A stretch of 64,000 nt of DNA, taken from assembly GCA_965637545.1 (NCBI GenBank), contig OZ281498.1:21762001-21826000 (forward strand), in the 5' to 3' direction. The notes under the pieces are model-generated. The model ran no database searches and was not told where the DNA came from. It saw only the letters and a program-made list of their open reading frames with translations. Of this stretch, positions 63,498 to 64,000 are shown one piece after another. A program made the position numbers and the translations under genes. Positions within the stretch are counted from its first letter, which is position 1, and each line of letters opens with the position of its first letter. Source of the stretch: Phallusia mammillata (taxonomy: Eukaryota).

Positions 63498-64000
63498 GAT
63501 AATAATTTTCCATATAAAGGCCTTTCCCCGCCTCAACAAGTGACGACCAACCGATCGATGTGTATCAACGTCGCCTCCTTCCTATCTGAGATAGTTTGAC
63601 GCTTTCCAATAGCGAAAGAAGGATAAAATAAAACAAGTGGCAATGCAAACTAAATGAAAATTAACATTAAAAGTCGAGGGGTTGAAAACGGACGATTAAA
63701 TAACCTTCACATATAATAATATGTATTTATGCGATCGGTTAAGTAAGTTTGAACAAGCTCGTCCCATGTGTAGTTTACCTATCCTTAATTAACAATACAG
63801 CTTTCATTGTCGGTTAAATAAATGTAGCAAAAATTTCACGCTGACGCAGTTTTCAAAATTCGCTATTAACGGATTACACGGTGTCGTTTTTAATAAAGAC
63901 AACAAAATCGCGATCGCCACATGCGCATATATTGGTGACGTCACAATAAGAATGGCGTACGGCACGCGCGCAAGACATCTGCCACCAGCGAATAGGAAAA

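Overview
AT-rich, intron-rich animal genomic DNA, most likely an ascidian tunicate (inferred from the gene set, short GT-AG introns and MITE/Penelope content). I assembled six protein-coding genes by hand. Five are on the minus strand: an ANKRD66-like ankyrin gene (5 exons), a divergent AP-2/TFAP2-like transcription factor (7 exons), an LDLa-repeat class A GPCR with no LRRs (5 exons), NOL10 (19 exons) and a 3-exon Id/emc HLH gene. A second Id gene lies on the plus strand, convergent with the first. The window also holds one tRNA-Lys(CTT), a tRNA-derived SINE, Penelope-like retroelement (PLE) pieces, several hAT and Tc1/mariner MITEs, and seven hammerhead-ribozyme motifs in two sequence families. 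The ~30 kb around the Id pair is almost gene-free. It carries eight composite BMP/Smad GRCGNC-N5-GTCT elements and a cluster of Su(H)/RBPJ sites. The main leads are this BMP/Notch regulatory landscape, an intact sense-strand hammerhead in a NOL10 intron, and an apparently ancient AP-2/Id/NOL10/ANKRD66 linkage. All coordinates and counts were read by eye; no database search or folding program was run.
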